A stretch of DNA of 64,000 nucleotides, from contig DATCNH010000081.1 in NCBI GenBank assembly GCA_036565345.1, forward strand, positions 2,118 to 66,117. The letters are read 5' to 3'. Below, in pieces: positions 1 through 8,157 of the stretch. The first letter of the stretch is position 1, and each line of letters opens with the position of its first letter. The position numbers and the translations under genes are program-made. Below the pieces are notes generated by a model. The model ran no database searches and was not told the DNA's origin. It saw only the letters and a list, made by a program, of their open reading frames with translations. This stretch comes from Candidatus Limnocylindria bacterium. Its GTDB lineage: Bacteria > Chloroflexota > Limnocylindria > P2-11E.

Positions 1-106
1 AGGGTCCCGCTCCCGATGGCGATGCGGACCGCGTCCAGACGGCGCTCGACGGCGGTGTCGCCCCCGGCGCCGAAGAAGAGGATGAGCGCAGTGGTCGTGC
101 CGCTGG
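1..106 (-). CDS. hypothetical protein, N-terminal fragment (continues beyond window)
   Basis: GTG at 104-106 overlaps the TGA of the upstream gene (GTGA). The minus-strand frame reads MTSGTTTALILFFGAGGDTAVERRLDAVRIAIGSGT, which looks like a protein rather than a GC artefact. Only 35 codons are visible. Confidence 0.3.
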
Positions 107-1504
107 TCACGCCCTCGACGATAGGGGGCGCCGGGCGAGGATGCCCTCGACGCGGAGCAGGAGCGCGAACGCGACCAGCGTCAGGATGAGACCGGCGAGC
201 GCGCGCGGCCCCGCGCCGGGTACCGAGCCGAGGACGGCGAGCCACTGCGGATCGGTCCAATCGAAGAGCCGCTCCGGGTGGAAATTCACGTTCACCGGTA
301 CGGTGTCCCAGCGCTGGTCATAGGCCAGCGCGGCGGCATTGAAGAGCACCACCGACCAGGCCGCGCTGGCGGCGAACACCACCTTCGCGCCGGTGCGCGC
401 AAGCAGTCCCTGGCCGATCCCCCAGGCGAGCGCGGCAAAGAGCACCGGGGCCTGATCGTCCAGGAACCGGGGCCCGAAGACCCGGCCGCCCCACCACTCG
501 GTGTAGGTCGCGTACAGCGCGAGCGTGCCGACCCAGACGATTCCGAGCCCCCGGAGCCGGCGCGCGGCCGGCCCCGGGCGTCGCCAGGCGAGCACAAGGG
601 AGAGCAGCGCGAACGCCAGGTACGGCGCGTAGACGAGCAGCCCGCGGCTGGGCGACAGGAGCAGCCCGTACAGGCCGACCGGGAGCGGGGTATCGAATGG
701 CTTGGTCCCATAGCCCTGCTCGAACGGCTGGCCGAACGCGAGCTGGTCGTACGCCAGGAGCGGAAGCAACCCGACCGCGGCCCCACCGAGAGTGACGATG
801 ACGCGGCGTCCGGCGCCGATGCCGAATGCGACGAGCGTGCCGGTCTGGCGGACGACGCCGCCCAGACCGAGGATCAGGCCGGCGGTGAGCTCGCGGCGAA
901 GCGTGACCGGGCCGTCGTGCAGCACGAGCCAGAGGGCCAGCGCGACGAACAGGTGGACGCCGGCGTGCTGCCAGAGGGCCTGCGAGGCCACCGTGCGCAC
1001 GCTCGTGGCGAACGCATACAGAAGGGTGAGGCCGAGCGCCCAGCGGGCGCCCACGAAGCGGCCGAGGACCGACCAGAGGAGCAGCGTCGCGAGCGCCTCG
1101 ACGATCGCCGCCGCGAGATGCCCGAGGTACAGCAGCGCGGTCGCGTCGTCCGGAGCCACCCCCGCGAGGACCGCGGGGATCAGGACCGGCAGCGCGAGGA
1201 TCGCCATGCCGGGGGGAAAGATCGAGCAGACCCGGTCGTTCGGGCCGGGCGGTGGGGGTCCGCCGGCGCTGCGCGGGGCGGTGGGCGGCGCGGTCGCGGT
1301 CGAGGCCCCGCAGGCACGGAAGAAGTACGCCTCGCGATCGATGCGATCCGGACGCGCGTCCGCCGCCGTGCCGGTGAATTCGTCGTACGTGACGTCCCCG
1401 GTGCGAACGAGGGTCCAGGCGAACAGCGTGTTCGGCAGCACGTCGGGCGACCAGATGAGCTGCAGGTTCGCGAATGAGAGCACGACGAGCAGGACACCAC
1501 GCAT
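107..1504 (-). CDS. polytopic integral membrane protein, GT-C-type glycosyltransferase-like (DUF2029/PMT_2-like)
   Basis: About 12 predicted TM helices and aromatic/Pro-rich loops (GYGTKPF, YAPYLAF). ATG at 1502-1504 (MRGVLLVVLSF...) preceded by GGTGGGTG; an alternative ATG lies at 1207. The 673-aa ORF in the track is over-extended through comF in another frame. Confidence 0.55.
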   Translation of the reverse strand: MRGVLLVVLSFANLQLIWSPDVLPNTLFAWTLVRTGDVTYDEFTGTAADARPDRIDREAYFFRACGASTATAPPTAPRSAGGPPPPGPNDRVCSIFPPGMAILALPVLIPAVLAGVAPDDATALLYLGHLAAAIVEALATLLLWSVLGRFVGARWALGLTLLYAFATSVRTVASQALWQHAGVHLFVALALWLVLHDGPVTLRRELTAGLILGLGGVVRQTGTLVAFGIGAGRRVIVTLGGAAVGLLPLLAYDQLAFGQPFEQGYGTKPFDTPLPVGLYGLLLSPSRGLLVYAPYLAFALLSLVLAWRRPGPAARRLRGLGIVWVGTLALYATYTEWWGGRVFGPRFLDDQAPVLFAALAWGIGQGLLARTGAKVVFAASAAWSVVLFNAAALAYDQRWDTVPVNVNFHPERLFDWTDPQWLAVLGSVPGAGPRALAGLILTLVAFALLLRVEGILARRPLSSRA

Positions 1505-1598
1505 CACCCACCGCGCCGGTGGCACCGCCGGCAAGCCGTTCACGTGGCGCACCCTAGCGGGTTGACCGGTGCCTCCCGGCGTCGTTCGGCGCAGGGAC

Positions 1599-2210
1599 CT
1601 ACTCGTCGAGGGCAACGACGTACGCGCGCACCGCCCGGGCACCGCAGGCGCGTGCCGCGGCGGCCGCGTCGCGAAGCGTCGCCCCGGTGGTGGCGACATC
1701 GTCCACCAGCGCCACCCGGCCGCCACGAAGCGCGCCGGCCGTTCCGACGAACGCCGAGCACACATTCGCCGCGCGGCCCTGCCGGTCCAGCCGGACCTGC
1801 GCGGTCCCGCCACGGATCCGGTGGAGCGCGGCGACGAGCGGCACGGCGGTGTGCTGCGCGGCGACCGTCGCGAGGAGCATCGCCTGGTCGTAGCCGCGCT
1901 CCCGTCGCCGCGCGGGATGGAGACGCACCGGAACGAGCGCGTCGAGTTGTGCGCCACGGGCCAGATCGCCGGCGACCGCGGTCGCCACGAGCATCCCGAG
2001 CTCCTCGGTGAGCGCGGGCTGATCGCCGTACTTCGCGCTGTGGATCGCTTCGCGCAGTGGTCCCGCGTACGCCCCGCAGCCGGTGATCTCCAGTCCGCCG
2101 ACGGATCGCCGCAGCGGCTCCAGGCCATTGCGGCAGTCCAGGCAGAGCCAGGACCCGGGCAGGCCGCAGCCCGCGCAGCGCGGCGGAACGAGGAGATCGA
2201 GCGCGCTCAC
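1599..2210 (-). CDS. comF: ComF-family phosphoribosyltransferase (competence protein ComFC-like)
   Basis: N-terminal Cys4 cluster (PPRCAGCG...CLDC) plus a C-terminal PRTase motif (VALVDDVATTGATL). GTG start overlaps the upstream stop (GTGA at 2207-2210). Confidence 0.8.
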   Translation of the reverse strand: MSALDLLVPPRCAGCGLPGSWLCLDCRNGLEPLRRSVGGLEITGCGAYAGPLREAIHSAKYGDQPALTEELGMLVATAVAGDLARGAQLDALVPVRLHPARRRERGYDQAMLLATVAAQHTAVPLVAALHRIRGGTAQVRLDRQGRAANVCSAFVGTAGALRGGRVALVDDVATTGATLRDAAAAARACGARAVRAYVVALDE

Positions 2211-2548
2211 GGATCTTCGAAGACGAGGTCGTCCCCGGCTTGCGTGCCCGTCCGGGCGCAGGTCCCGGCAGCAAGCTCGATAACATCACGTGCGCCCCGG
2301 GCCGCCACCATCGGTACCCACGGACGGATATCTGGAGCGACCTTCAGGACCCGGCCGCCGCCGTCGACGAAGATCGCGTCGATCGCGAAGCGCATGAAGA
2401 ACATCGTGATCGACGAGGTCTTGGTGATCAGCAGCGCCTCCCCGTCGGCGAGCCTGCGGTGCAGGATGAGCCCGATGCCGCGGGAGAGGAAGGTGTCCGC
2501 GGTGCGGCAGTCGGTGGCGACGATCAGCCCCCGGGCACGGTTCCGCAG
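2207..2548 (-). CDS. DUF192-family protein (start codon uncertain, possibly CTG)
   Basis: Frame reads ...RGIGLILHRRLADGEALLITKTSSITMFFMRFAIDAIFVDGGGRVLKV...VIELAAGTCARTGTQAGDDLVFEDP, matching the DUF192 signature (RGLMgR...GMLF...FWM...PLDiiFiD...ElaaG). The homologous region extends 47 codons upstream of the first ATG (2404) up to an in-frame stop at 2579-2581, with no ATG/GTG/TTG. In-frame CTG codons lie at 2546-2548 and 2525-2527. Confidence 0.5.
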   Translation of the reverse strand: MRNRARGLIVATDCRTADTFLSRGIGLILHRRLADGEALLITKTSSITMFFMRFAIDAIFVDGGGRVLKVAPDIRPWVPMVAARGARDVIELAAGTCARTGTQAGDDLVFEDP

Positions 2549-2558
2549 GCGCCGGCCG

Positions 2559-3473
2559 TTAGAACTGACCGCAGCTGCTCATCGCCGAGAGCGCGGCGGG
2601 CGCCAGGATGACGATGAAGAGCGAGGGGAAGATGCAGCCGATCGTCGGGAGCATGATGAGGATCGGAGCCTTCGCTGCCTTCGCCTCCGCGCGCTGCCGG
2701 CGCTCGCCGCGCATCTGCTCCGACTGGATCCGGAGGACCTTCGACATCGAAACGCCGAGCTGATCGGCCTGGATGATCGCGGAGACGAAGTTCGAAAGCT
2801 CCTTCTGCTCGACCCGCTCGGTGATCCCCCGGAGCGCTTCCTGACGCGACTTCCCGACACGCTGCTCCGAGGCGGCCCGCTTGAATTCCTCGGACAGCGC
2901 GCCCTTGAGCTTCTCGGTGACCTTCACCAGCGCCGCGTCGAAGCCCAGACCGGCCTCCACCGAGATGGTGAGTAGGTCGAGCGCGTCCGGAAGGGACTCG
3001 AGGATCTCCGTCGAGCGCTTGCCGGCCTTGTTCCCCAGGTAGAAGTCCGGCGCCATGAATCCGAACACGAGGCCGCCGACCACGCCGCCGAGGGTCTGGA
3101 CCGGATCGCTCGTCATGAGGTTGACCAGAGCCGATACTCCGACCGCGCCCACGATCGCGGAGAACCCCTTCACGCCCAGGAAGAATTCGGTGCTCGTCGA
3201 CTCCATGCCGGCCCGCTTTAGCCGAAGGGTGAGGGCCCGAACCGTATTCGTCGGGTAGAACCGGCCGACGAGCCCCGAGAGCGCGCGGATGATCGGCTTG
3301 ATGGTGCGGTCGCCGATCGGACGGTTGAGCTCGAGCTCCTCGAGACTGCGTGGACGGACGGCGATCTGCTGCAGGCGAGCCTGCACCGGATCGAGCTGGC
3401 GCCCGAGCTGGAGGGAGACGAAGACCATGAGCACACCGGCGCTGGCAAGAACGGCGAAGATGACGGCTTCCAT
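2559..3473 (-). CDS. tadC: Flp pilus assembly platform protein TadC (T2SSF domain)
   Basis: TM-T2SSF-TM architecture with ...ISVEAGLGFDAALVKV... and a C-terminal APILIMLPTIGCIFPSLFIVILAP. ATG start at 3473. Confidence 0.85.
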   Translation of the reverse strand: MEAVIFAVLASAGVLMVFVSLQLGRQLDPVQARLQQIAVRPRSLEELELNRPIGDRTIKPIIRALSGLVGRFYPTNTVRALTLRLKRAGMESTSTEFFLGVKGFSAIVGAVGVSALVNLMTSDPVQTLGGVVGGLVFGFMAPDFYLGNKAGKRSTEILESLPDALDLLTISVEAGLGFDAALVKVTEKLKGALSEEFKRAASEQRVGKSRQEALRGITERVEQKELSNFVSAIIQADQLGVSMSKVLRIQSEQMRGERRQRAEAKAAKAPILIMLPTIGCIFPSLFIVILAPAALSAMSSCGQF

Positions 3474-3487
3474 CTGGATCGGCCTTC

Positions 3488-4462
3488 CTAGACCCTGATG
3501 TCCGTGATCTTGCGGATGGCGAGGAAGCCGATGGTCATCATGACCGCCCCGACGACGATGAGGATCCGGCCGATCGTCTGGGTGAACAGCGGCTCCATGA
3601 ATGCCGGGTTGATCGCGTTGAGCGCGGCGCCGAGGCCGATCGGGAGGAACGCCACCAAGTAGCCGGACACCCGTCCCTGGGCGGTGAGGGTGTTGATCTC
3701 GGCCTTGATCCGGACGCGCTCCCGGATCGTGAAGGCGATCGTGTCGAGGATCTCGGCGAGGTTCCCGCCGACCTGCTGCTGGATGCCGATCGCGGTCACC
3801 ATGAGATCGAGGTCATCGCTCTTGATGCGACGGACCAGGTTGTGCAGCGCCTCCTCCATGCCGAGGCCGAGGTTGACCTCGCGAACGACCCGGCCCATCT
3901 CCTCGCTCATCGGCGCCGCCGCCTCGCGAGACACGAGCTCGATGGACTGCAGAAAGCTCGATCCGGAGCGCAGCGCGTTCGAGAGAAGGCTCGTCGTGTC
4001 GGCCAGCTGCTTGTTGAACGCCTTGAGGCGGCCACTGATCCGGCGACCGACCCAGATGCGCGGCAGGAAGTAGCCGAGCACGAACCCGAAGACCCCGGTG
4101 AGCGGATCCTTGAACACGAAGAGCAGGAGGCCGAGGCCGAGGGAGAGACCGATGCGGATGTAGTAGTACTCCGCCACGCGGAGCTGGAGGCTGGCGCGCG
4201 CAAGATCGCGCTGCACCTTCGTGGCGAATCGCTTGTCCTCGACGTCCGAGGAGAGCGTCGCGAACGGGTCCACTTCCTTCCGGGACCGCTTCCGCTTTCG
4301 GCTGCGACCGTCTGGCTTGTCCTTCGCCTGCTCGGACCCGCCGGCGTAGCGTGCCATGCGCGACTCGACGCTCTGTGAGCCGCCGCGGAACAACGACGAC
4401 GCGCCCCAGAAGAAGAGGAAGATGCCCATGAACAGCCCCGCCGGGATGGCGTACTGGGTCAT
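3488..4462 (-). CDS. tadB: Flp pilus assembly platform protein TadB (T2SSF domain)
   Basis: MTQYAIPAGLFMGIFLFF... start at ATG 4460-4462, which overlaps the cpaF stop (ATGA). T2SSF motifs ...LSNALRSGSSFLQSIELV... and a C-terminal TM. The 430-aa track ORF is over-extended. Confidence 0.85.
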   Translation of the reverse strand: MTQYAIPAGLFMGIFLFFWGASSLFRGGSQSVESRMARYAGGSEQAKDKPDGRSRKRKRSRKEVDPFATLSSDVEDKRFATKVQRDLARASLQLRVAEYYYIRIGLSLGLGLLLFVFKDPLTGVFGFVLGYFLPRIWVGRRISGRLKAFNKQLADTTSLLSNALRSGSSFLQSIELVSREAAAPMSEEMGRVVREVNLGLGMEEALHNLVRRIKSDDLDLMVTAIGIQQQVGGNLAEILDTIAFTIRERVRIKAEINTLTAQGRVSGYLVAFLPIGLGAALNAINPAFMEPLFTQTIGRILIVVGAVMMTIGFLAIRKITDIRV

Positions 4463-5856
4463 CGGAGCCCCTGGCTCATGTCGCCGAAGACCCCCTGTGG
4501 CAGGCGGATGCCGGCGGCCTCGAACTTCTCGGAGAACTTGGGCCGGATGCCGGTCGGCCGAAGCCGGCCGACGACCTTCCCGTCGACGTAGCCGGTCTGC
4601 TCGAAGACGAAGACGTCCTGGAGGATGATCGCGTCGCCCTCCATGCCCTGCACCTCGGTGACATGCGTCACCTTGCGCGACCCATCCTTGAGGCGCGAGA
4701 TCTGCACGATGACATCGAGCGCGCTCGCGATCTGTTCCTTGATCGCCCGCGACGGGAGGTCGACGCCGGCCATGAGGCACATCGTCTCGATACGGGCCAG
4801 CATGTCGCGAGGTGAGTTCGCGTGGCCGGTGGACAGTGAGCCGTCGTGACCGGTGTTCATCGCCTGGAGCATCGAGAGGGCCTCGCCACCACGGATCTCA
4901 CCGACCACGATCCGCTCGGGGCGCATCCGGAGGGCGTTCTTCACCAGATCCATGATCGTGACCGCGCCCTTGCCCTCGATATTCGCGGCGCGCGACTCGA
5001 GCCGGACGACGTGGTCCTGCACGAGCCGCAGTTCCGCAGCGTCCTCGATGGTGATGATCCGCTCATCCTCGGGAATGAATCCGGACATGATGTTCAAGAG
5101 CGTGGTCTTTCCTGAACCGGTGCCCCCGGAGACGAACATGTTGAGTCGGGCTTCGACGCACGCCCGGAGGAACTCCATCATCTCCTCGGTCGCGGTGCCG
5201 AACTTGATGTAGTCCTGGACTTGGATCCGGTACTTGGGGAACTTCCGGATCGTGACCACCGGACCGTTCAGCGCGAGCGGCGGGATGATGATGTTCACCC
5301 GCGAGCCGTCCGGGAGACGCGCATCCTCGTAGGGCTTCGACTCGTCGACCCGGCGGCCGATCGGAGCGATGATCCGTTCGATCACTCGCATGACATGGTC
5401 GTCGCTCTGGAAGGTCACATCGGACAGCTGGAGCTTTCCTTTCCGCTCGATGTAGACCCGGAACGGCCCGTTCACCATGACCTCGGTGATCGAGTCATCG
5501 TTTAGGAGGGGCTGGATCGGCCCGAAGCCAAGGATCTCGTCGACGATCTGGTCGAGCATCCGCTGGCGCTCGACCCGGGTGATGACCACGCCTTCCTCGT
5601 CGAGGTAGCGATTGAACATCTCTTCGATGTTCGAGCGGACCGCCTTCACGTCGGACAGGTCGAGGCGCGGATCGAGATTGTTGATGATCTTCGTCTGCAG
5701 CTGGACCCGTAGGTCGCGGTTGCCGTCCCGGGCCGGGGCGACGCTCTGGGTGAGGGGGCCGTTGTCATGCGGTGGCCGCCCGTCGGCCGAGGGTGGGGCG
5801 GCAAGCTCGGGAGTCCCGACCGGCCGGGCGCCTTCGATGCGCTTCAGAAGTGACAT
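4459..5856 (-). CDS. cpaF: Flp pilus assembly secretion ATPase CpaF/TadA
   Basis: Walker A (GGTGSGKTT), Asp box, Walker B and His box (VGEIRGGEA...NTGHDGSLSTGHAN). ATG at 5854-5856 (MSLLKRIEG...) preceded by AAGGG. Confidence 0.9.
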   Translation of the reverse strand: MSLLKRIEGARPVGTPELAAPPSADGRPPHDNGPLTQSVAPARDGNRDLRVQLQTKIINNLDPRLDLSDVKAVRSNIEEMFNRYLDEEGVVITRVERQRMLDQIVDEILGFGPIQPLLNDDSITEVMVNGPFRVYIERKGKLQLSDVTFQSDDHVMRVIERIIAPIGRRVDESKPYEDARLPDGSRVNIIIPPLALNGPVVTIRKFPKYRIQVQDYIKFGTATEEMMEFLRACVEARLNMFVSGGTGSGKTTLLNIMSGFIPEDERIITIEDAAELRLVQDHVVRLESRAANIEGKGAVTIMDLVKNALRMRPERIVVGEIRGGEALSMLQAMNTGHDGSLSTGHANSPRDMLARIETMCLMAGVDLPSRAIKEQIASALDVIVQISRLKDGSRKVTHVTEVQGMEGDAIILQDVFVFEQTGYVDGKVVGRLRPTGIRPKFSEKFEAAGIRLPQGVFGDMSQGLR

Positions 5857-5994
5857 CTCTACCCTTAACCCAACCTTCCAGCGCACGTTATCCGGTGCGG
5901 GGGCCGCCCGCAGGACCGGTCCCACGACCGTACGGTCTCGCCGGATGGACCGAAAGGGGTCCTTTCGGGCTATTTTTCGGCCGCGAAGGGCCTG

Positions 5995-7254
5995 TTACCG
6001 GGAGAACAGCCGCCGGCCGGCCCGTGCGACCGGTTTTTGTGGCACCGCACCGTCGGCGGCCGGCTCGCCGGTCCCCGAGAGCTTCCCGGCCAGGGTGAAG
6101 ATGTCTTTCGCGACCTGGCTGTCGCGATGGCTGATGACGAACGGCACCCCCCGGTTCACCGCCAGGACAAGCGCGCGGCCGTCGGAGACGATGGTGTGGG
6201 GCATCTTCCGCCCCAGGCTGCCCTCGACGTCCGAAACCTTGATCCCGCCAGAGCTGTCGTTCCGATTGGCGACGAGCTGGACCTTGGTCTCGTCATAGCC
6301 GAGCTTTTCGACGATCTCCATGAAGACCCGAACGTTCTTCAGGCTGGTGATCTCGAGGGTCATAAGGGTCAGGATGACGTCCGCGACATCAAGCATCGTG
6401 AGGACCTGCTCCTCGAAGGACGGCCAGGTGTCGACCACCACGTAGGCGTAGCTCTCGCGAAGCGTCTCGAGGACCTTCTTCATGTTGGCGCCGGTGATGA
6501 GCTCTTTGGCCTCCGGGGTCGGCGGCGCGAGCAGGACCTTGATCCCGGTCGAGTGCGATACGAGAACGCTCTCCATGACCTCGGCGTCCACCTGGTCGAA
6601 CGCTCCGACCAGGTCGGCGATCGTCTTCGCCTTCGGGCTCATGTTCAAGATGACCGCAATATCACCGAACGGGAGGCTTCCATCGACCAGGCAGACCGAC
6701 TGCCCGGTCAGCTGATGCAGCGCGACGGCGAGATTCGTCGAGATCGTAGTGCGGCCGACGCCGCCCTTCGGCGAGAAGAACGTAATGATCTTCCCTCGGA
6801 CCGAACTGCCGGCCGCCGGTGGCGGAGCGGCGACCTGCGGGATCGGCGCCGCCTGCTCGTACCGTGCCCGCTTCACCTTCTCGATCTCGTGGACATGGCG
6901 GATGGCGTTCACCAGCTCATCCGCGGAGAAAGGCTTCACCAAGAACTCGCGCGCGCCGGCGAGCATCGAACGGCGCAGATAGTCCTGCTCGTTCTGGACG
7001 CTCATCATGATGATCGGCGAGCCGGGAACGGTGTTCGCAATGATCTCGGTAGCGGTGATCCCGTCCATCCCGGGCATGTTGATGTCCATCAGGATGACGT
7101 CCGGGCGCAGGCGCTTCGCGAGCTCGACCGCCTGCTGGCCGCCGTCGGCCGACCCTGCGACGACCATGTCCGTCTCAAAGCCGATGAGCTTGGCGAGGTT
7201 CTCGCGCGTCTCGGCGATGTCATCGACGACGAGAATGCGGATCGGATCAGCCAT
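5995..7254 (-). CDS. cpaE: CpaE/TadZ-type ATPase with an N-terminal response-regulator receiver domain
   Basis: N-terminal REC (ILVVDDIAETRENL...DVILMDINMPGMDG) with the acidic pocket intact, followed by a MinD/ParA deviant Walker A (SPKGGVGRTTIS). Confidence 0.85.
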   Translation of the reverse strand: MADPIRILVVDDIAETRENLAKLIGFETDMVVAGSADGGQQAVELAKRLRPDVILMDINMPGMDGITATEIIANTVPGSPIIMMSVQNEQDYLRRSMLAGAREFLVKPFSADELVNAIRHVHEIEKVKRARYEQAAPIPQVAAPPPAAGSSVRGKIITFFSPKGGVGRTTISTNLAVALHQLTGQSVCLVDGSLPFGDIAVILNMSPKAKTIADLVGAFDQVDAEVMESVLVSHSTGIKVLLAPPTPEAKELITGANMKKVLETLRESYAYVVVDTWPSFEEQVLTMLDVADVILTLMTLEITSLKNVRVFMEIVEKLGYDETKVQLVANRNDSSGGIKVSDVEGSLGRKMPHTIVSDGRALVLAVNRGVPFVISHRDSQVAKDIFTLAGKLSGTGEPAADGAVPQKPVARAGRRLFSR

Positions 7255-7263
7255 CGGTCACGC

Positions 7264-7779
7264 TCATGATATGGGGCGGAGCTGGAAGACCAGCGCGATC
7301 AGCGCGCCGAGCCCAAGAGCCACGCCGTAGGGGATCCAAGTCTTCATCAGGGCGTGCATCGTATTGGGGGGATCCCCTGGCGCCGGCCGGCTCAGGCGGC
7401 GTAGGACGATGAAGACGATGGCGATGATGCCGCCGGTGAGCGCACCCCAGACCGCGGCCTGGAGCAGGAACGCGGTCCCCTTGAGGGCGCCCACGGCCAT
7501 GAGGAGCTTTCCGTCCCCGGCCTTCAGGCCACCTGCGGCGTAGAAGGGGTACGAGACCAAGAACCCGACGACGAGCCCGGCCAGATGGTCGAGCAGGCCC
7601 CCAGCGAGCGGACCGCCAGGAAAGCCCGCCGGCCCGGCGAAGCTCTCAGCGAGACCGAACAGGATCCCGACGAGCATCGCCGGATAGGTCGCGACGTTCG
7701 GGATGCGCCGGAACCGCCAATCGGTCCAGATGACCGTCAGGACGAAGCCGACCAGGACCGCATCCTCGGCGATCTCCAG
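7264..7779 (-). CDS. cpaA: prepilin peptidase CpaA/TadV (A24 family), likely non-canonical start
   Basis: The track ORF (7264-7677, MLVGILFGL...) is the conserved core. The same frame continues upstream as ...LEIAEDAVLVGFVLTVIWTDWRFRRIPNVATYPA and contains the family hallmark D-x-R-x-RRIPN plus the first TM helix. There is no ATG/GTG/TTG up to the in-frame stop at 7882-7884. The CTG at 7777-7779 would give MEIAEDAVLVGF... Confidence 0.7.
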   Translation of the reverse strand: MEIAEDAVLVGFVLTVIWTDWRFRRIPNVATYPAMLVGILFGLAESFAGPAGFPGGPLAGGLLDHLAGLVVGFLVSYPFYAAGGLKAGDGKLLMAVGALKGTAFLLQAAVWGALTGGIIAIVFIVLRRLSRPAPGDPPNTMHALMKTWIPYGVALGLGALIALVFQLRPIS

Positions 7780-7868
7780 CGCGTCGATGAGCCACCCCTC
7801 TCCGCTGATGAAAAAGGCGGCGCCCGCCGACTGCGGGCGCCGCCTGGACCGTATCCGGATCGGACCGA

Positions 7869-8027
7869 CTAGGTGAGGTTGTTACCGATGTTGCTGAAGA
7901 TGTTCTGGATCTGCCCGCGAAGGAAGATCATCGCAACGATGACCGCGATCGCGATGACGGCGATGATGAGTGCATATTCGACGAGTCCCTGACCGTCGTC
8001 GTCGCGGAAGAAGCGCTGAATGTCCAT
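7869..8027 (-). CDS. flp: Flp-family type IVb pilin precursor
   Basis: MDIQRFFRDDDGQGLVEYALIIAVIAIAVIVAMIF... carries the Flp motif G/QGLVEYAL followed by a hydrophobic helix. ATG at 8025-8027 is preceded by a perfect AAGGAG. Confidence 0.85.
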   Translation of the reverse strand: MDIQRFFRDDDGQGLVEYALIIAVIAIAVIVAMIFLRGQIQNIFSNIGNNLT

Positions 8028-8100
8028 TGGCTGTCTCCTTTCTTCGGTCCTGCTGGCCCTCACTGTCAGATACGGACGAGCAACCGAACAGTAGGAAAAC
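8028..8100 (-). promoter_or_regulatory. putative flp promoter/5'UTR region
   Basis: 73-nt less GC-rich spacer between the upstream hairpin and the strong flp RBS. No clean -35/-10 pair could be assigned by eye. Confidence 0.25.
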
Positions 8101-8104
8101 GGTA

Positions 8105-8122
8105 CTCCCCCGTTCGGGGGAC
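8105..8122 (-). terminator. GC stem-loop (CCCCC-GAAC-GGGGG) followed by a GTTTTCC tract; putative attenuator/terminator between the fused tadB/C gene and flp
   Basis: 5-bp all-GC stem with a tetraloop directly downstream of the 8158 stop. A U-containing tract follows on the coding (minus) strand. Confidence 0.35.
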
Positions 8123-8157
8123 GACCGGCATCAGGATAGGCCGCGGCGGTCTGCCGT

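Noticed and set aside
107-2128. 673-aa ORF suggesting a single long membrane protein
   Set aside because: The first 208 codons overlap comF (1599-2210) in another frame and are low-complexity. The real gene starts at ATG 1504.
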